Assembly: GCA_036170915.1 (NCBI GenBank)
Contig: JAVHQC010000010.1
Location: forward strand, 169,423 to 233,422
Length of the DNA stretch: 64,000 nt
Reading direction: 5' to 3'
Origin: Cyanobacteria bacterium auto_48_18
Lineage (GTDB): Bacteria > Cyanobacteriota > Vampirovibrionia > Obscuribacterales > Obscuribacteraceae
This document shows positions 20,761 through 29,775 of this stretch, in pieces. Within the stretch, counting starts at the first letter, position 1, and each line of letters opens with the position of its first letter. Under the pieces are notes generated by a model. It worked only from the letters and a program-made list of their open reading frames with translations, had not been told where the DNA came from and did no database searches. A program made the position numbers and the translations under genes.

Positions 20761-21420
20761 ATGGAAGAAATGAATAAGCAAATTTCTACAATCGTCGTCT
20801 TGGCAATTTTTGCGCTCACCAGTTGTGCCGAAATTTCACAATTTCGTTTCGAGCCACCAAAGGAAGTGCTCGAGGATAAGACACCTGAGCAGTACTACCG
20901 AATGGGCAGGAATTACAAAGATGCAGGGTGGCCTGAGCAGGCCAGGGAATGCCTGACTCGTGCCATAAAGGCTGACGAAAATGGCGAAGTTGGTAAAAAA
21001 GCAAAAATATACCTCAAAGCATATTTGCCGCGTGAGCCAATTTCGCAGACTGCAATTAGTCGAAATATCACTGCGTTTAATCAAGCGGCGAGCGGCAGCG
21101 AAGATGAAGCTATCGCCGGATATCAGGCATGCATTAAAGACTATCCAACTTTCGAATGGCCATACGGAAATCTTGCCGCACTTTACACTAAAGCTGGCAG
21201 GTATAAAGACGCTCAGGCTACAGTGCAGAAAGCACTGACTTTGAATCCAAATTATTTAAATGGGTGGCTTCATCTGGCAAGAGCCTTAGCAGCTGATAGA
21301 GACAGGGCAGGCGCGATTCGCTGCACGAAGCGAGCACTTGAAATAGACCCAGATTCCACCGCAGCTACCGAGCTCATGAAGTCGTTGATGCATCACCACA
21401 CAGACAGACAACTGCAGTAG
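20761..21420 (+). CDS. TPR lipoprotein (paralog of 23364..24008)
   Basis: Lipobox LTSC; TPRs FEWPYGNLA, NPNYLNGW. Confidence 0.85.
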   Translation: MEEMNKQISTIVVLAIFALTSCAEISQFRFEPPKEVLEDKTPEQYYRMGRNYKDAGWPEQARECLTRAIKADENGEVGKKAKIYLKAYLPREPISQTAISRNITAFNQAASGSEDEAIAGYQACIKDYPTFEWPYGNLAALYTKAGRYKDAQATVQKALTLNPNYLNGWLHLARALAADRDRAGAIRCTKRALEIDPDSTAATELMKSLMHHHTDRQLQ

Positions 21421-21544
21421 TGGTGGAATTAATGAATTCCAACGGTGGCAATCAGGCTTTAATCAATTAAGCAATGACTGCGCAAATAAATCAATCAGGT
21501 GTTAATCAAACCTCTCAAAAGAACCACGAATGATTTCTTCCTGT

Positions 21545-21952
21545 CTAGACATGCCTCAGCGCCTTCAGCTCAGTGCTTAGCCGCGCCAAATAGTTGCGAA
21601 GTTCTTGCTCGCTGGCACGGCAATCGTGAATGTCTTTGACACATTGTGCCGGTGTCGCAATTTCGAAATCAATGTCTGAAATAATCGAGTCGATCATTGT
21701 GCTCTCTTGAGTCTTTAATAGTTCTTGTGCCAGTTCTGATGCCCTGGTAGACGGAACTTCGTCAAAGATAACGGCATACAGGGCAATGGCGAGCGTATTT
21801 GGTTTCAAAGTCAATTTGATAACGTCACTTTGGTGAAAAACAGTTATAAGCTTACCGCACTTAAAACCGCTCCTCAAATGGAAGGTTAGCAGCGGCCGTG
21901 GCTGGGTCATGGTGCAAAAGCGGACCGAGTTAGCCCCGGTCCGCTTGTTCAT
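21545..21952 (-). CDS. Hypothetical protein (true start probably further downstream)
   Basis: ORF with a plausible helical C-terminal ~85 aa; no recognised motif. Confidence 0.45.
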   Translation of the reverse strand: MNKRTGANSVRFCTMTQPRPLLTFHLRSGFKCGKLITVFHQSDVIKLTLKPNTLAIALYAVIFDEVPSTRASELAQELLKTQESTMIDSIISDIDFEIATPAQCVKDIHDCRASEQELRNYLARLSTELKALRHV

Positions 21953-21972
21953 TCAAAACCACATCGGTTTCG

Positions 21973-22437
21973 TTATTTCATGTTCGACATCTTTTCACAA
22001 CTTTCGACGCACTTGCGACACTCAGCGGCGCAGTCTTTCATTTGTTTGTCATCGCCAAAAGATTCACAGCTTTCGGCGCAGAGCTTGCATATGTCAGCGC
22101 AAAAACCGCACGATTTTGCATGGTTTGCTGAATTGCGAGAAAGAAATTCGGCGCTCATTTTACATGCAGCAATGCAGTCTCTAAGCGTATCTAGATGCTT
22201 ATTTTCTGCATGTTTGCCGCCTTTCTTTCGACAATATGCCAAGGTTTTCTCGCACACTTTTTGGCACTTGCGGCACACAGCCTCACAGGATTCCATACTG
22301 GGCATTGTTGCATTTTGAGTGTTTGTGCCTGTTTGAGCACTTATGCTGGTATTGCTCGAAAATGCAAAACATCCCAAAATCAACATGAATAGAACAACGA
22401 TTTTTTTCACAACTATTTCCTTGATGAAGTAGGCCAT
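21973..22437 (-). CDS. Cys-rich four-helix-bundle copper-binding protein (Csp/DUF326-like), exported
   Basis: Repeated CxxxC and CxxC helices (CEAVCRKCQKVC, CADICKLCAESC, CAAECRKCVESC). Confidence 0.9.
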   Translation of the reverse strand: MAYFIKEIVVKKIVVLFMLILGCFAFSSNTSISAQTGTNTQNATMPSMESCEAVCRKCQKVCEKTLAYCRKKGGKHAENKHLDTLRDCIAACKMSAEFLSRNSANHAKSCGFCADICKLCAESCESFGDDKQMKDCAAECRKCVESCEKMSNMK

Positions 22438-22582
22438 AAAGAGAACTTATGCTGCCAAAAGTTCCCTTGAATTTAAAAATAAAGATGCCTAGGTGGCGCT
22501 CGACGCGACTAGTATTGATAAGTTCCCGATTACAAAGTCTTCAGAACATGGTAAAGAAGCCAGGTGGCTCAAGCACAGTAAC

Positions 22583-23023
22583 TCACGCTTTCCTTTTTTG
22601 ATTGCGAACATGCTTGGTCAAAATCTGACGCAGATAAGGTTGATAATCAAGACCCTCACCAGCAGCAAGCTCTTTCAAATCTCTAATCAGCGTTTTTTGC
22701 AAACGCACAGAGATTACATCGCCGTCGGTCATATCAATCGACAGCTCTCTGTTCAAAGCTTGTGCAATCTTGTTCAACATGGTGAGCGAATGCCCCTCAT
22801 AATCGGCATCCTCAAGTCGGCTTATTACTGACTGGGTAGTGCCGATCAATCCAGCAAGCTGCTTCTGAGTTAGGCCTGCATCTTCACGGTAATCAAAAAT
22901 GAGACGCGCGATTTTAGCATTGACACGCTCTTTATCAAACGTATCCTCACGCTCGGACGAGCCCGCAATGAACTTTTTGTGCAGGATCTTCACGGCATTT
23001 GATTGCTTACTGATATTTCTCAT
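22583..23023 (-). CDS. Orphan chimeric antitoxin: XRE HTH fused to a CopG/RHH-like tail
   Basis: LTQKQLAGLIGTTQSVISRLEDADYEGHSL followed by VISVRLQKTLIRDLKELA..YQPYLRQIL. Confidence 0.75.
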   Translation of the reverse strand: MRNISKQSNAVKILHKKFIAGSSEREDTFDKERVNAKIARLIFDYREDAGLTQKQLAGLIGTTQSVISRLEDADYEGHSLTMLNKIAQALNRELSIDMTDGDVISVRLQKTLIRDLKELAAGEGLDYQPYLRQILTKHVRNQKRKA

Positions 23024-23100
23024 TTTGCATCCACTGAAGAATTGGGCGTCATTGCTGACAGACAAAACTTTCTCTGCTCTTGGTACAAAACCATCATTTC

Positions 23101-23129
23101 AGCATATCGCAAAATTGCTATCTTTACAA
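23101..23129 (-). promoter_or_regulatory. Sigma70-type promoter with overlapping palindromic operator (near-identical copy at 25491-25519)
   Basis: TTGTAA-N17-TATGCT; spacer region carries ATAGCAA-TT-TTGCGAT. Confidence 0.65.
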
Positions 23130-23263
23130 CCGTTGTTGCCCAGCGCACCAGGAGTCTGCGCTATGACCAAAATTGCATCCTCAGTACAGACAAGAACGCA
23201 TTGCGAAAAGGCTATTACGATAGCTGCGAAAAGGCTATTGGGATTTCAGCAGGGCGACCAGCC

Positions 23264-23357
23264 TTATTAAAGCTACCTTTAATAACGAAACCTGTTATTA
23301 AAGCGAAACCGGTTATCCTTTAATAAGGGTTAGCTCTATTAAAGGAACCTTTAATAG
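23264..23357. repeat. Six alternating TATTAAAG/CTTTAATA units forming three tandem inverted repeats
   Basis: TTATTAAAG-ctac-CTTTAATAA; TTATTAAAG-14nt-CTTTAATAA; CTATTAAAGG-aa-CCTTTAATAG. Confidence 0.85.
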
Positions 23358-23363
23358 CCGTGG

Positions 23364-24008
23364 GTGACAACAAATATCAAAATGAATAGGACTTTAGCGA
23401 TTGTTGCCTTTGCAGTGATAGGACTGACAAGCTGCTCTGGTATCCGGCTATTTCGCGCAGAACCACCCAAGGTAGTGCGAGAAGGTAAGACACCAGTGCA
23501 GTACTATCAAATGGGCGTGCACTATAAATCTGTGGGCTGGCCTGAGCAAGCGCGCGAGTGTATGGAACGCACAATCAAAGGTGACGAACACGGGGAGGTA
23601 GGTAAGAGAGCAAAAGTCTATCTTGCAGCCTATCTACCGCGTGACCATGTTTCGCCAGAAGCTGTTCATCGAAATATTATCGCTTTCAATTTGAGGTCGC
23701 GAGGTAAAGACGAAGAAGCGATTGCAGCATTTCAGGCGTGCACCATCGACTACCCTGCATTCGAATGGCCTTATGGAAATTTAGCCGGGATCTACACTAA
23801 AGCAGGCCGCTACAAAGAAGCCCAAGCAACCCTAAATCAGATACTAAATCTAAACCCAAATTATCTAAACGGCTGGGTTCAACTCTCGAGAGTTCTAGCA
23901 GCTGCCGGAGATAAAACCGGTGCAATGCGCTGTGCAAAACGTGCACTGCAAATTGATCAATACTCTAGCGAGGCGAAAGAACAGTTGAACTCGCTAGAGC
24001 AGGAATAG
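23364..24008 (+). CDS. TPR lipoprotein (paralog of 20761..21420)
   Basis: LTSC lipobox; shares GWPEQAREC, AYLPR and FEWPYGNLA with the first copy. Confidence 0.85.
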   Translation: MTTNIKMNRTLAIVAFAVIGLTSCSGIRLFRAEPPKVVREGKTPVQYYQMGVHYKSVGWPEQARECMERTIKGDEHGEVGKRAKVYLAAYLPRDHVSPEAVHRNIIAFNLRSRGKDEEAIAAFQACTIDYPAFEWPYGNLAGIYTKAGRYKEAQATLNQILNLNPNYLNGWVQLSRVLAAAGDKTGAMRCAKRALQIDQYSSEAKEQLNSLEQE

Positions 24009-24062
24009 GGTGCGTTTGCGAACATACTCGCACCGTCCTTGATACCAGCAAAAAACGCCCGA

Positions 24063-24566
24063 TTATTTTAGCGCAGCGTTCTTCAATGCCTCGCGAACCT
24101 TTGCAGTCCAAACTTCCATAGAAGATTTCACTTCTGGATCTGATTGTAAGAGGTAAAGAATGAACTGAGCCTGAATGGCTTGATCCCGACTTTCATCACT
24201 AAGAGACTGTTCTTGAACGAGCATGCGTTTCACCGGGTCTACATGATCGTATCTAGCATATTTCGTCCCAAGATCCTTACAATCAGACCAGGCCAATTGG
24301 GAGTTATTAAGATGACTGTTGTTTTTTTGCGCACGAACAAATTCTGCAAGAACCTCATTGATCTTTGTTTGATAGCCAGGTCCCATAGACTTAAAGAAAC
24401 GTACAACCTCAGGATCAAGTCTTATCGAAACAGTTTGCTTCCCAGTCCTAGAAGAACCTACAGACACATTTTCAATCGTGCCAGCATCAAAGCCAATGTC
24501 GTCATCATCTGAAATCTCAGCACCGCTGTCCTGTTGCAATTTTAGTTTCTTCCAATTTGTAGCCAT
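24063..24566 (-). CDS. brnA: BrnA-family antitoxin with C-terminal extension
   Basis: KQTVSIRLDPEVVRFFKSMGPGYQTKINEVL. Confidence 0.88.
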   Translation of the reverse strand: MATNWKKLKLQQDSGAEISDDDDIGFDAGTIENVSVGSSRTGKQTVSIRLDPEVVRFFKSMGPGYQTKINEVLAEFVRAQKNNSHLNNSQLAWSDCKDLGTKYARYDHVDPVKRMLVQEQSLSDESRDQAIQAQFILYLLQSDPEVKSSMEVWTAKVREALKNAALK

Positions 24567-24580
24567 ATCACTCGAGTCCT

Positions 24581-24808
24581 TAACTATTCTTTTTTGCGTG
24601 CCACAGTTTACGATCTGCCAGACTTGAAACGAAGGCCGAGATTATTCTTGTAACATCACCGCCGCGTCTTACCGTAAAAATGACTGAGACATTGACACCC
24701 TCAATGCAAACAAGACGCTTTGTACGAATCTCATCGTCCACGACTTGATCAATATCTATGAAATCAAACTCGTCAAACCAATCTATAACATCGTTAAAAT
24801 CGATGTCG
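24581..24808 (-). pseudogene. brnT: 5'-truncated BrnT toxin
   Basis: My translation DIDFNDVIDWFDE...DEIR...VIFTVRRGGDVTRIISAF...DRKLW; N-terminus missing; directly upstream of brnA. Confidence 0.75.
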
Positions 24809-25480
24809 GAAATGAACGGTTATCTCTAATGAACCACCTAACTTCTCGATGTAATCTCTCAAAGTGCTGATGTACATATCAGTACGCTGCTCTATTTTTG
24901 AAATTTCGCGCTGCTGAACCTGCAACTTCTCCGCTAAAGCTCGTTGTGAACATTTCAAAGCTTTGCGCAATTCTTGCAAACCCATTTCTTCGGCCAGCAT
25001 TTCAGCTGCGCGAGCATCAATCTTGCTACGCCTTTCGGGAGACAACTTTTGAAGATAATCATTGAGATTCTTTTTCATGCAGAGCATATCAATCGATAGC
25101 TTTCTATTTAAAGCTTGTGCGATTTTGTTCAACATGGTGAGTGAATGCCCTTCGTAGTCGGCGTCTTCAAGGCGGCTTATCACTGACTGGGTAGTGCCAA
25201 TCATTTCGGCAAGCTGCTTCTGAGTTAGGCCCGCATCTTCACGGTAATCAAAAATGAGACGCGCAATTTTGACGTTAACACGCTCTTTATCAAGCGCAGC
25301 CTCACGTTCAGACGAGCCCGCAATGAACTTTTTATGCAGGACCTTCACGGCATTTGATTGTTTGTTGTTATTACTCATTTTGCTCAATATATGTATGCTT
25401 GGTTGGAGATTTTTCAAATAGAGGAACGGGCTCGATCCATCGCTATTAGCAAATAAGACGACCTCCGTTCTGGGCATCAT
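24794..25480 (-). CDS. Chimeric ORF: RelE-like toxin N-terminal stub + XRE HTH antitoxin + second HigA-like antitoxin
   Basis: MPRTEVVLFANSDGSSPFL stub after AAGGAGG; HTH core duplicated from 22730-23005; then MKKNLNDYL...TDMYISTLRDYIEKLGGSLEI. Confidence 0.75.
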   Translation of the reverse strand: MMPRTEVVLFANSDGSSPFLYLKNLQPSIHILSKMSNNNKQSNAVKVLHKKFIAGSSEREAALDKERVNVKIARLIFDYREDAGLTQKQLAEMIGTTQSVISRLEDADYEGHSLTMLNKIAQALNRKLSIDMLCMKKNLNDYLQKLSPERRSKIDARAAEMLAEEMGLQELRKALKCSQRALAEKLQVQQREISKIEQRTDMYISTLRDYIEKLGGSLEITVHFRHRF

Positions 25481-25587
25481 CCCTCCTTTCAGCATATCGC
25501 AAAATTGCTATCTTCACAACCACCGAAGGCCACTCAATTAGAAACACCCACAGGCCACAGTAACACCACCATGCATTGCTTTCTTAT

Positions 25588-25616
25588 AGACGTCGAAATA
25601 TCGATTAAAGTTCAAA
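25588..25616 (-). promoter_or_regulatory. Recurrent motif copy 2, upstream of the chimeric TA cluster
   Basis: AGACG-tcgaaatatcg-ATTAAAGTTCAAA. Confidence 0.7.
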
Positions 25617-25725
25617 GCGACAGTTTAAACGGGCAACTTTTGCACAAAATTTGGGCTCGACCGCAAATATGGTTGATGCTGTCATACTTAACATGATTTC
25701 AATACCGGACGCTTAAACATCACTT

Positions 25726-26067
25726 ATGCCAACCAATAACAAACAAGCCCCACAACCATGGCTCAAGAAGGCGACAGACCAACTGAAAAAACTCTGCAGA
25801 GATGCTGCTGCGGTGGTCGACGAAGGCGATGTACTCCCCAGCAAACAGGCCGTAAACACTGCGATCGAAATTTTGCAGACATTCCAAAGGGTCAGCAGGC
25901 CGAAAATAAGATTGACTGTGGACGGCGAAATCGCATTATCGTGGAATCACACTCGCGATGAATTTCAAGCGTTCATTCAACCAAACGGGTCCGTCCATTT
26001 TTTTCATAACCGAAAGCACATCGACAAAGCTGACTTTAGCAAACTACTGATGGGGCATTCAGCTTAG
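25726..26067 (+). CDS. Hypothetical protein
   Basis: 113-aa ORF with a globular-looking sequence (PKIRLTVDGEIALSW). Confidence 0.6.
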   Translation: MPTNNKQAPQPWLKKATDQLKKLCRDAAAVVDEGDVLPSKQAVNTAIEILQTFQRVSRPKIRLTVDGEIALSWNHTRDEFQAFIQPNGSVHFFHNRKHIDKADFSKLLMGHSA

Positions 26068-26112
26068 CAATTTCTTTGAACGCAAGTCGTGCCGCTCTTC
26101 GCCATCTAGGTG

Positions 26113-26469
26113 CTAGCTTTTTGTTGCCTTAGGTACAGACGAAACTTTCTTCTGTACTAAAATCTTTTCCAAGCGATCGAATCGCGAATTAATTACTGCC
26201 ACTATATCTTCACCTAATTTTGTCATTTCATTACCGGAATGACTATCCTCTTCGGCGAGGCGCTCCAGCACCCACTCCCGTGCCATGGTACCGACCGGTT
26301 TCTTCACGAGACTGGCACGATCATAAAGCTTTTGAACGCTCTCTTCGTCAATTCGAAATTGCACAATTCCCGTCTTCGCAACTTCTGCTCGCGCCTGTAA
26401 AAGTGTTTGTCGCTTTCGCTTTGAAAGTTCCCCTGGTGTCATTTTCGACATCGTCATCAACTTATCCAA
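26113..26469 (-). CDS. Ribbon-helix-helix/CopG-like DNA-binding protein; possible orphan antitoxin
   Basis: IVQFRIDEESVQKLYDRA..PVGTMAREWVLERL; own TTGACA-N17-TACATT promoter at ~26494-26522. Confidence 0.6.
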   Translation of the reverse strand: MDKLMTMSKMTPGELSKRKRQTLLQARAEVAKTGIVQFRIDEESVQKLYDRASLVKKPVGTMAREWVLERLAEEDSHSGNEMTKLGEDIVAVINSRFDRLEKILVQKKVSSVPKATKS

Positions 26470-26589
26470 TCCATCTCTTCTAGGAACCCCTACAATGTAT
26501 TACAAATGTCACACATTGTCAAGATCGGCTACCGACCGCGTTCGGAGAATGCAAGTCAGCTTTGCCGCCAGATGACAGTCACTTCTCTT

Positions 26590-26618
26590 AGACGGCAAAT
26601 CCACAATTAAAGTTCAAA
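26590..26618 (-). promoter_or_regulatory. Recurrent motif copy 3, upstream of the RHH gene
   Basis: AGACG-gcaaatccaca-ATTAAAGTTCAAA. Confidence 0.7.
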
Positions 26619-26744
26619 AACAACTCGGCAATGCTCGTCTTACCGACGCCAAACACCGAGCAAATAAGCTTGAATATTTGATCATGGCGCTGTACTGGCC
26701 GCCCCAGTACCGCCACTGCCCATTCGCTTGTTAGTCACATCCTC

Positions 26745-26782
26745 GCCACAATTGAGAAACACAATACTTGAACAAGTCGATA
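26745..26782 (+). repeat. 38-bp leader element (also at 29721-29758 and 36458-36495)
   Basis: GCCACAATyGAGAAACAnArTACTTGArCAAGTCGATA in three intergenic positions. Confidence 0.85.
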
Positions 26783-26799
26783 AGTGAGGGCTGCACTAA

Positions 26800-27642
26800 A
26801 TGCCGATATCCAGAGGCGAAAAATCAATTGATGTAGATTATGCAGAATCAGATTCGAAGGAGCAACTCTCCAATAAATTTGCGGGCCTTGATTTTGCTCA
26901 GGTTCCATTGAGTAACTCGAGCAGAGAATCTCAAGATAAGGCCTTACAAGAGAAGCAGATCTTGCCCAATGTCAACATTGCCCAGTCTGGCAATTGGTTT
27001 ATAAAAAATGTTGATAAATTTGACGACAAATTCGAAACAGGAGATTTATATCTTGAAGATATCCGGCTTGCATTAGAGTCGAAAACCAAAGCCTTGACCC
27101 TCGACGAGCGCGCACATTTAGAATTTTACAAAAAACACTTCGAATACTTTACGAGCTTGAATGCAGAATATGTTCCGGCAATAGTTCAGTCGATAACTAA
27201 AGGCGACATGCGCGCGTTCAACAAGCAGTTAACTGAATATGGGGATGAATTGTCTACGTTGAAACAGTACGAGCCCGGAAGATATGAAGCGGTTTCATCT
27301 TTAAGACAGAACTTCAAATGGCTTGACCAAAACAAAGATGGCAGTGTCTCTTACGAAGAGGTAAATGCCGGCATAAATTTACCGAATTTGCCCGAGGTTT
27401 ACAAACGCGGGTTAAAAACAGTTGCTAGCTATTATCCAATTATTACAGAGACGCCATCGAGTGTGGGCTACGATCGACCAATTGGTCCCGAGACAATTAC
27501 CAGCTTTATTCTCAAATCAAACCTCCCATACCAGAAAGTTCACTCCAGTAGGTATGGCTATAGACAGCCGGAGCTAGACCCATATAAACGCGAAAGATTA
27601 ACTAAACTAGAGACGTTATTTCAAGCACCTAATTCGCCTTAA
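26800..27642 (+). CDS. EF-hand-containing protein, copy 1
   Basis: Canonical loop DQNKDGSVSYEE; close paralog at 29776. Confidence 0.75.
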   Translation: MPISRGEKSIDVDYAESDSKEQLSNKFAGLDFAQVPLSNSSRESQDKALQEKQILPNVNIAQSGNWFIKNVDKFDDKFETGDLYLEDIRLALESKTKALTLDERAHLEFYKKHFEYFTSLNAEYVPAIVQSITKGDMRAFNKQLTEYGDELSTLKQYEPGRYEAVSSLRQNFKWLDQNKDGSVSYEEVNAGINLPNLPEVYKRGLKTVASYYPIITETPSSVGYDRPIGPETITSFILKSNLPYQKVHSSRYGYRQPELDPYKRERLTKLETLFQAPNSP

Positions 27643-27699
27643 TTGGTTCTTCTGTTTTTGTCTTCAACTCTAGCTTCTGCCCAGCCTGTATCTTCTCTT

Positions 27700-28509
27700 T
27701 TACGCACCACCATCTAAATGATATTTGAGTACGTTGCCGGCAAAAACTTTTGTTTTAAAGTCGGGGTCGTTATCTTTCATATTCGTCAGCGCATCGACCA
27801 ATTGTTTATCCAGTCCCACTAAGCCCAATCTAGGCCGTTCACGAAGCGTTGTTAGTGCCAGGTATCTCACTTCTGACCTGGAGTCGACAAAGCAAAGTTT
27901 AACTAATCGCAGCCGCAGATCAGTAAAGTTTTCCAAACAGCGAAAGATCAAACCTAAGTCAAGCAACGGAGACTTGGACAATAGCATTTCTTCAGCGTAT
28001 TGAAATAATTTTTCCGCCTGCTGCAGATCGTTAATAGTTCTCTCGAATAACCAACCGCCGTTACGCCCTTTCTCAATCATCCTGAAAGTTTGCTCCCATG
28101 TATCGATATCTAAATACACGGCAGCATCGCGGGCCCTCCAGAAGGTTGAATCATCTTCCTCTTTCAACACCGCTTTTATGCGACTTGGCCAGTCTGGACG
28201 CGCTAAAATACCATCACACAATTCCGTTAGATTACTTGCCAGCTGCAACAACCGATCATCTTTTGACGTAGGTTGGCCAAGCTTAAAACTGGCAACATAA
28301 TCTCTGATAGATTTGACCATCAGAAATTGTTCAATACTTATCTGCTTCGAATGAAAATGTGTCAGCAAAGTTGAAAGTGCTTCACATACTTCACTGTCCA
28401 GAGGAAAGTTGAGGTAAGCCGGAGGATCATCTGTAGGGGGCCATTTCATAAGACTGAAACGTTCAATCAGTCTTTCAATTTCTCTGTCATCCTTTTCCAC
28501 AATTAACAC
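27700..28509 (-). CDS. Hypothetical HEAT-like helical protein
   Basis: DSRSEVRYLALTTL and NDPDFKTK-type helical repeats; 11 bp downstream of the kinase. Confidence 0.55.
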   Translation of the reverse strand: MLIVEKDDREIERLIERFSLMKWPPTDDPPAYLNFPLDSEVCEALSTLLTHFHSKQISIEQFLMVKSIRDYVASFKLGQPTSKDDRLLQLASNLTELCDGILARPDWPSRIKAVLKEEDDSTFWRARDAAVYLDIDTWEQTFRMIEKGRNGGWLFERTINDLQQAEKLFQYAEEMLLSKSPLLDLGLIFRCLENFTDLRLRLVKLCFVDSRSEVRYLALTTLRERPRLGLVGLDKQLVDALTNMKDNDPDFKTKVFAGNVLKYHLDGGA

Positions 28510-28520
28510 TCCGCGCGGTA

Positions 28521-29522
28521 CTATTCAAACTGCTTCCAAGCCTGGCCCAACTCGGCAACACTTTGGTAGCGCTTGTCTGGATCCCGCTCTAAGCAACGTT
28601 GAACCACCGCCTCCAGTTCATCAGAGAACTTAAGATCTTGAGCAACAGAACCCATTAATGGCGGCTTGTCGCGCACCTTTTTCAGCATGGTCTCCATGGC
28701 GTCTCTGCCTCTTAGTGGAGCGGCGCCCGTGAGAATTTCAAACACCATGCAGCCAAGGGAATAGACTTCGGAGCGGCAATCGGCTTCTTGCCCATTGCAC
28801 TGTTCAGGGCTCAAATAAAGAGGGCTGCCGAAAATTTCACCAGGCTGGGTCAAGGTCTGTAGCAATGCTGCTACTTCTTCGGTGGGCCTATCAGCAGCCC
28901 AGTCCATCGACTGCAATACGGCCACACTGGTTGGACAGATTTCACCGGTCGACGCACAGGCTTTGGCTATGCCGAAGTCGACAATCTTAACTTGTGGTGG
29001 GGTGGTGCCGGCAATCAACATGATATTGCTTGGCTTGATATCGCGGTGCACGACATTTGACTCGTGGGCGTAACTAAGCCCGGCGCATACCTGAGAAAAT
29101 ATCGGAGCGAATATTTCGATAGGCAGCCGTCCACTGGCTTCTATCATGTCGTCTAGGTTTTCGCCTTGGAGATATTCCATAACCATGTATGGCTCAGACG
29201 CTTCGGTCAATCCAAAATCAAAGACTTTAACGATGTTAGGATGTTGTAGACTGCTGGCCAATTGGGCCTCGCGTTCAAAGCGCAGCACATTAGCAGCATC
29301 GGCTTTGAGGTGCCGGTGCATAACCTTAACTGCATAGGTTGCCTTAGTCTCGCGCTCAATCGCTCGAAATACTGTTCCCATACCGCCAACACCAAGCTCA
29401 TTGAGCAGTTTGTATCGCTCAGAAACATTCTTCAGATTAGCTCCATTAGAACTGTCTACCGTGAGCTCAGAGCTCACTGCTGGACTGAGAAGTTTCTTGG
29501 TTCTCTCTGTGTTTTCAATCAT
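28521..29522 (-). CDS. Hanks-type Ser/Thr protein kinase
   Basis: GVGGMG, AVK, HRDIKPSN, DFG, GSPLYLSPEQ. Confidence 0.96.
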   Translation of the reverse strand: MIENTERTKKLLSPAVSSELTVDSSNGANLKNVSERYKLLNELGVGGMGTVFRAIERETKATYAVKVMHRHLKADAANVLRFEREAQLASSLQHPNIVKVFDFGLTEASEPYMVMEYLQGENLDDMIEASGRLPIEIFAPIFSQVCAGLSYAHESNVVHRDIKPSNIMLIAGTTPPQVKIVDFGIAKACASTGEICPTSVAVLQSMDWAADRPTEEVAALLQTLTQPGEIFGSPLYLSPEQCNGQEADCRSEVYSLGCMVFEILTGAAPLRGRDAMETMLKKVRDKPPLMGSVAQDLKFSDELEAVVQRCLERDPDKRYQSVAELGQAWKQFE

Positions 29523-29775
29523 GGTTTATTGGCTCTTTTGAGAACTAGTTAGACAGTTCATTATTCCCGGGAATCAATGATCTGACAAATTGAAATTACT
29601 TGGTGGCGCGCCTAGTTTGTTCATCTGCCAGATCTAGCATCGAAGCGATCGATCATAGAGTTTCGGCCTGCAATTTAACTTGACGTTGATCAACGGTTCG
29701 CTTTCAATGGACACACCCCTGCCACAATCGAGAAACAGAGTACTTGAGCAAGTCGATAAGTGAGGGATGAACTAA

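Noticed and set aside
23264..23357. Mini CRISPR array
   Set aside because: Units are 8-10 bp and alternate in orientation, spacers are 2-14 nt, and there are no cas genes
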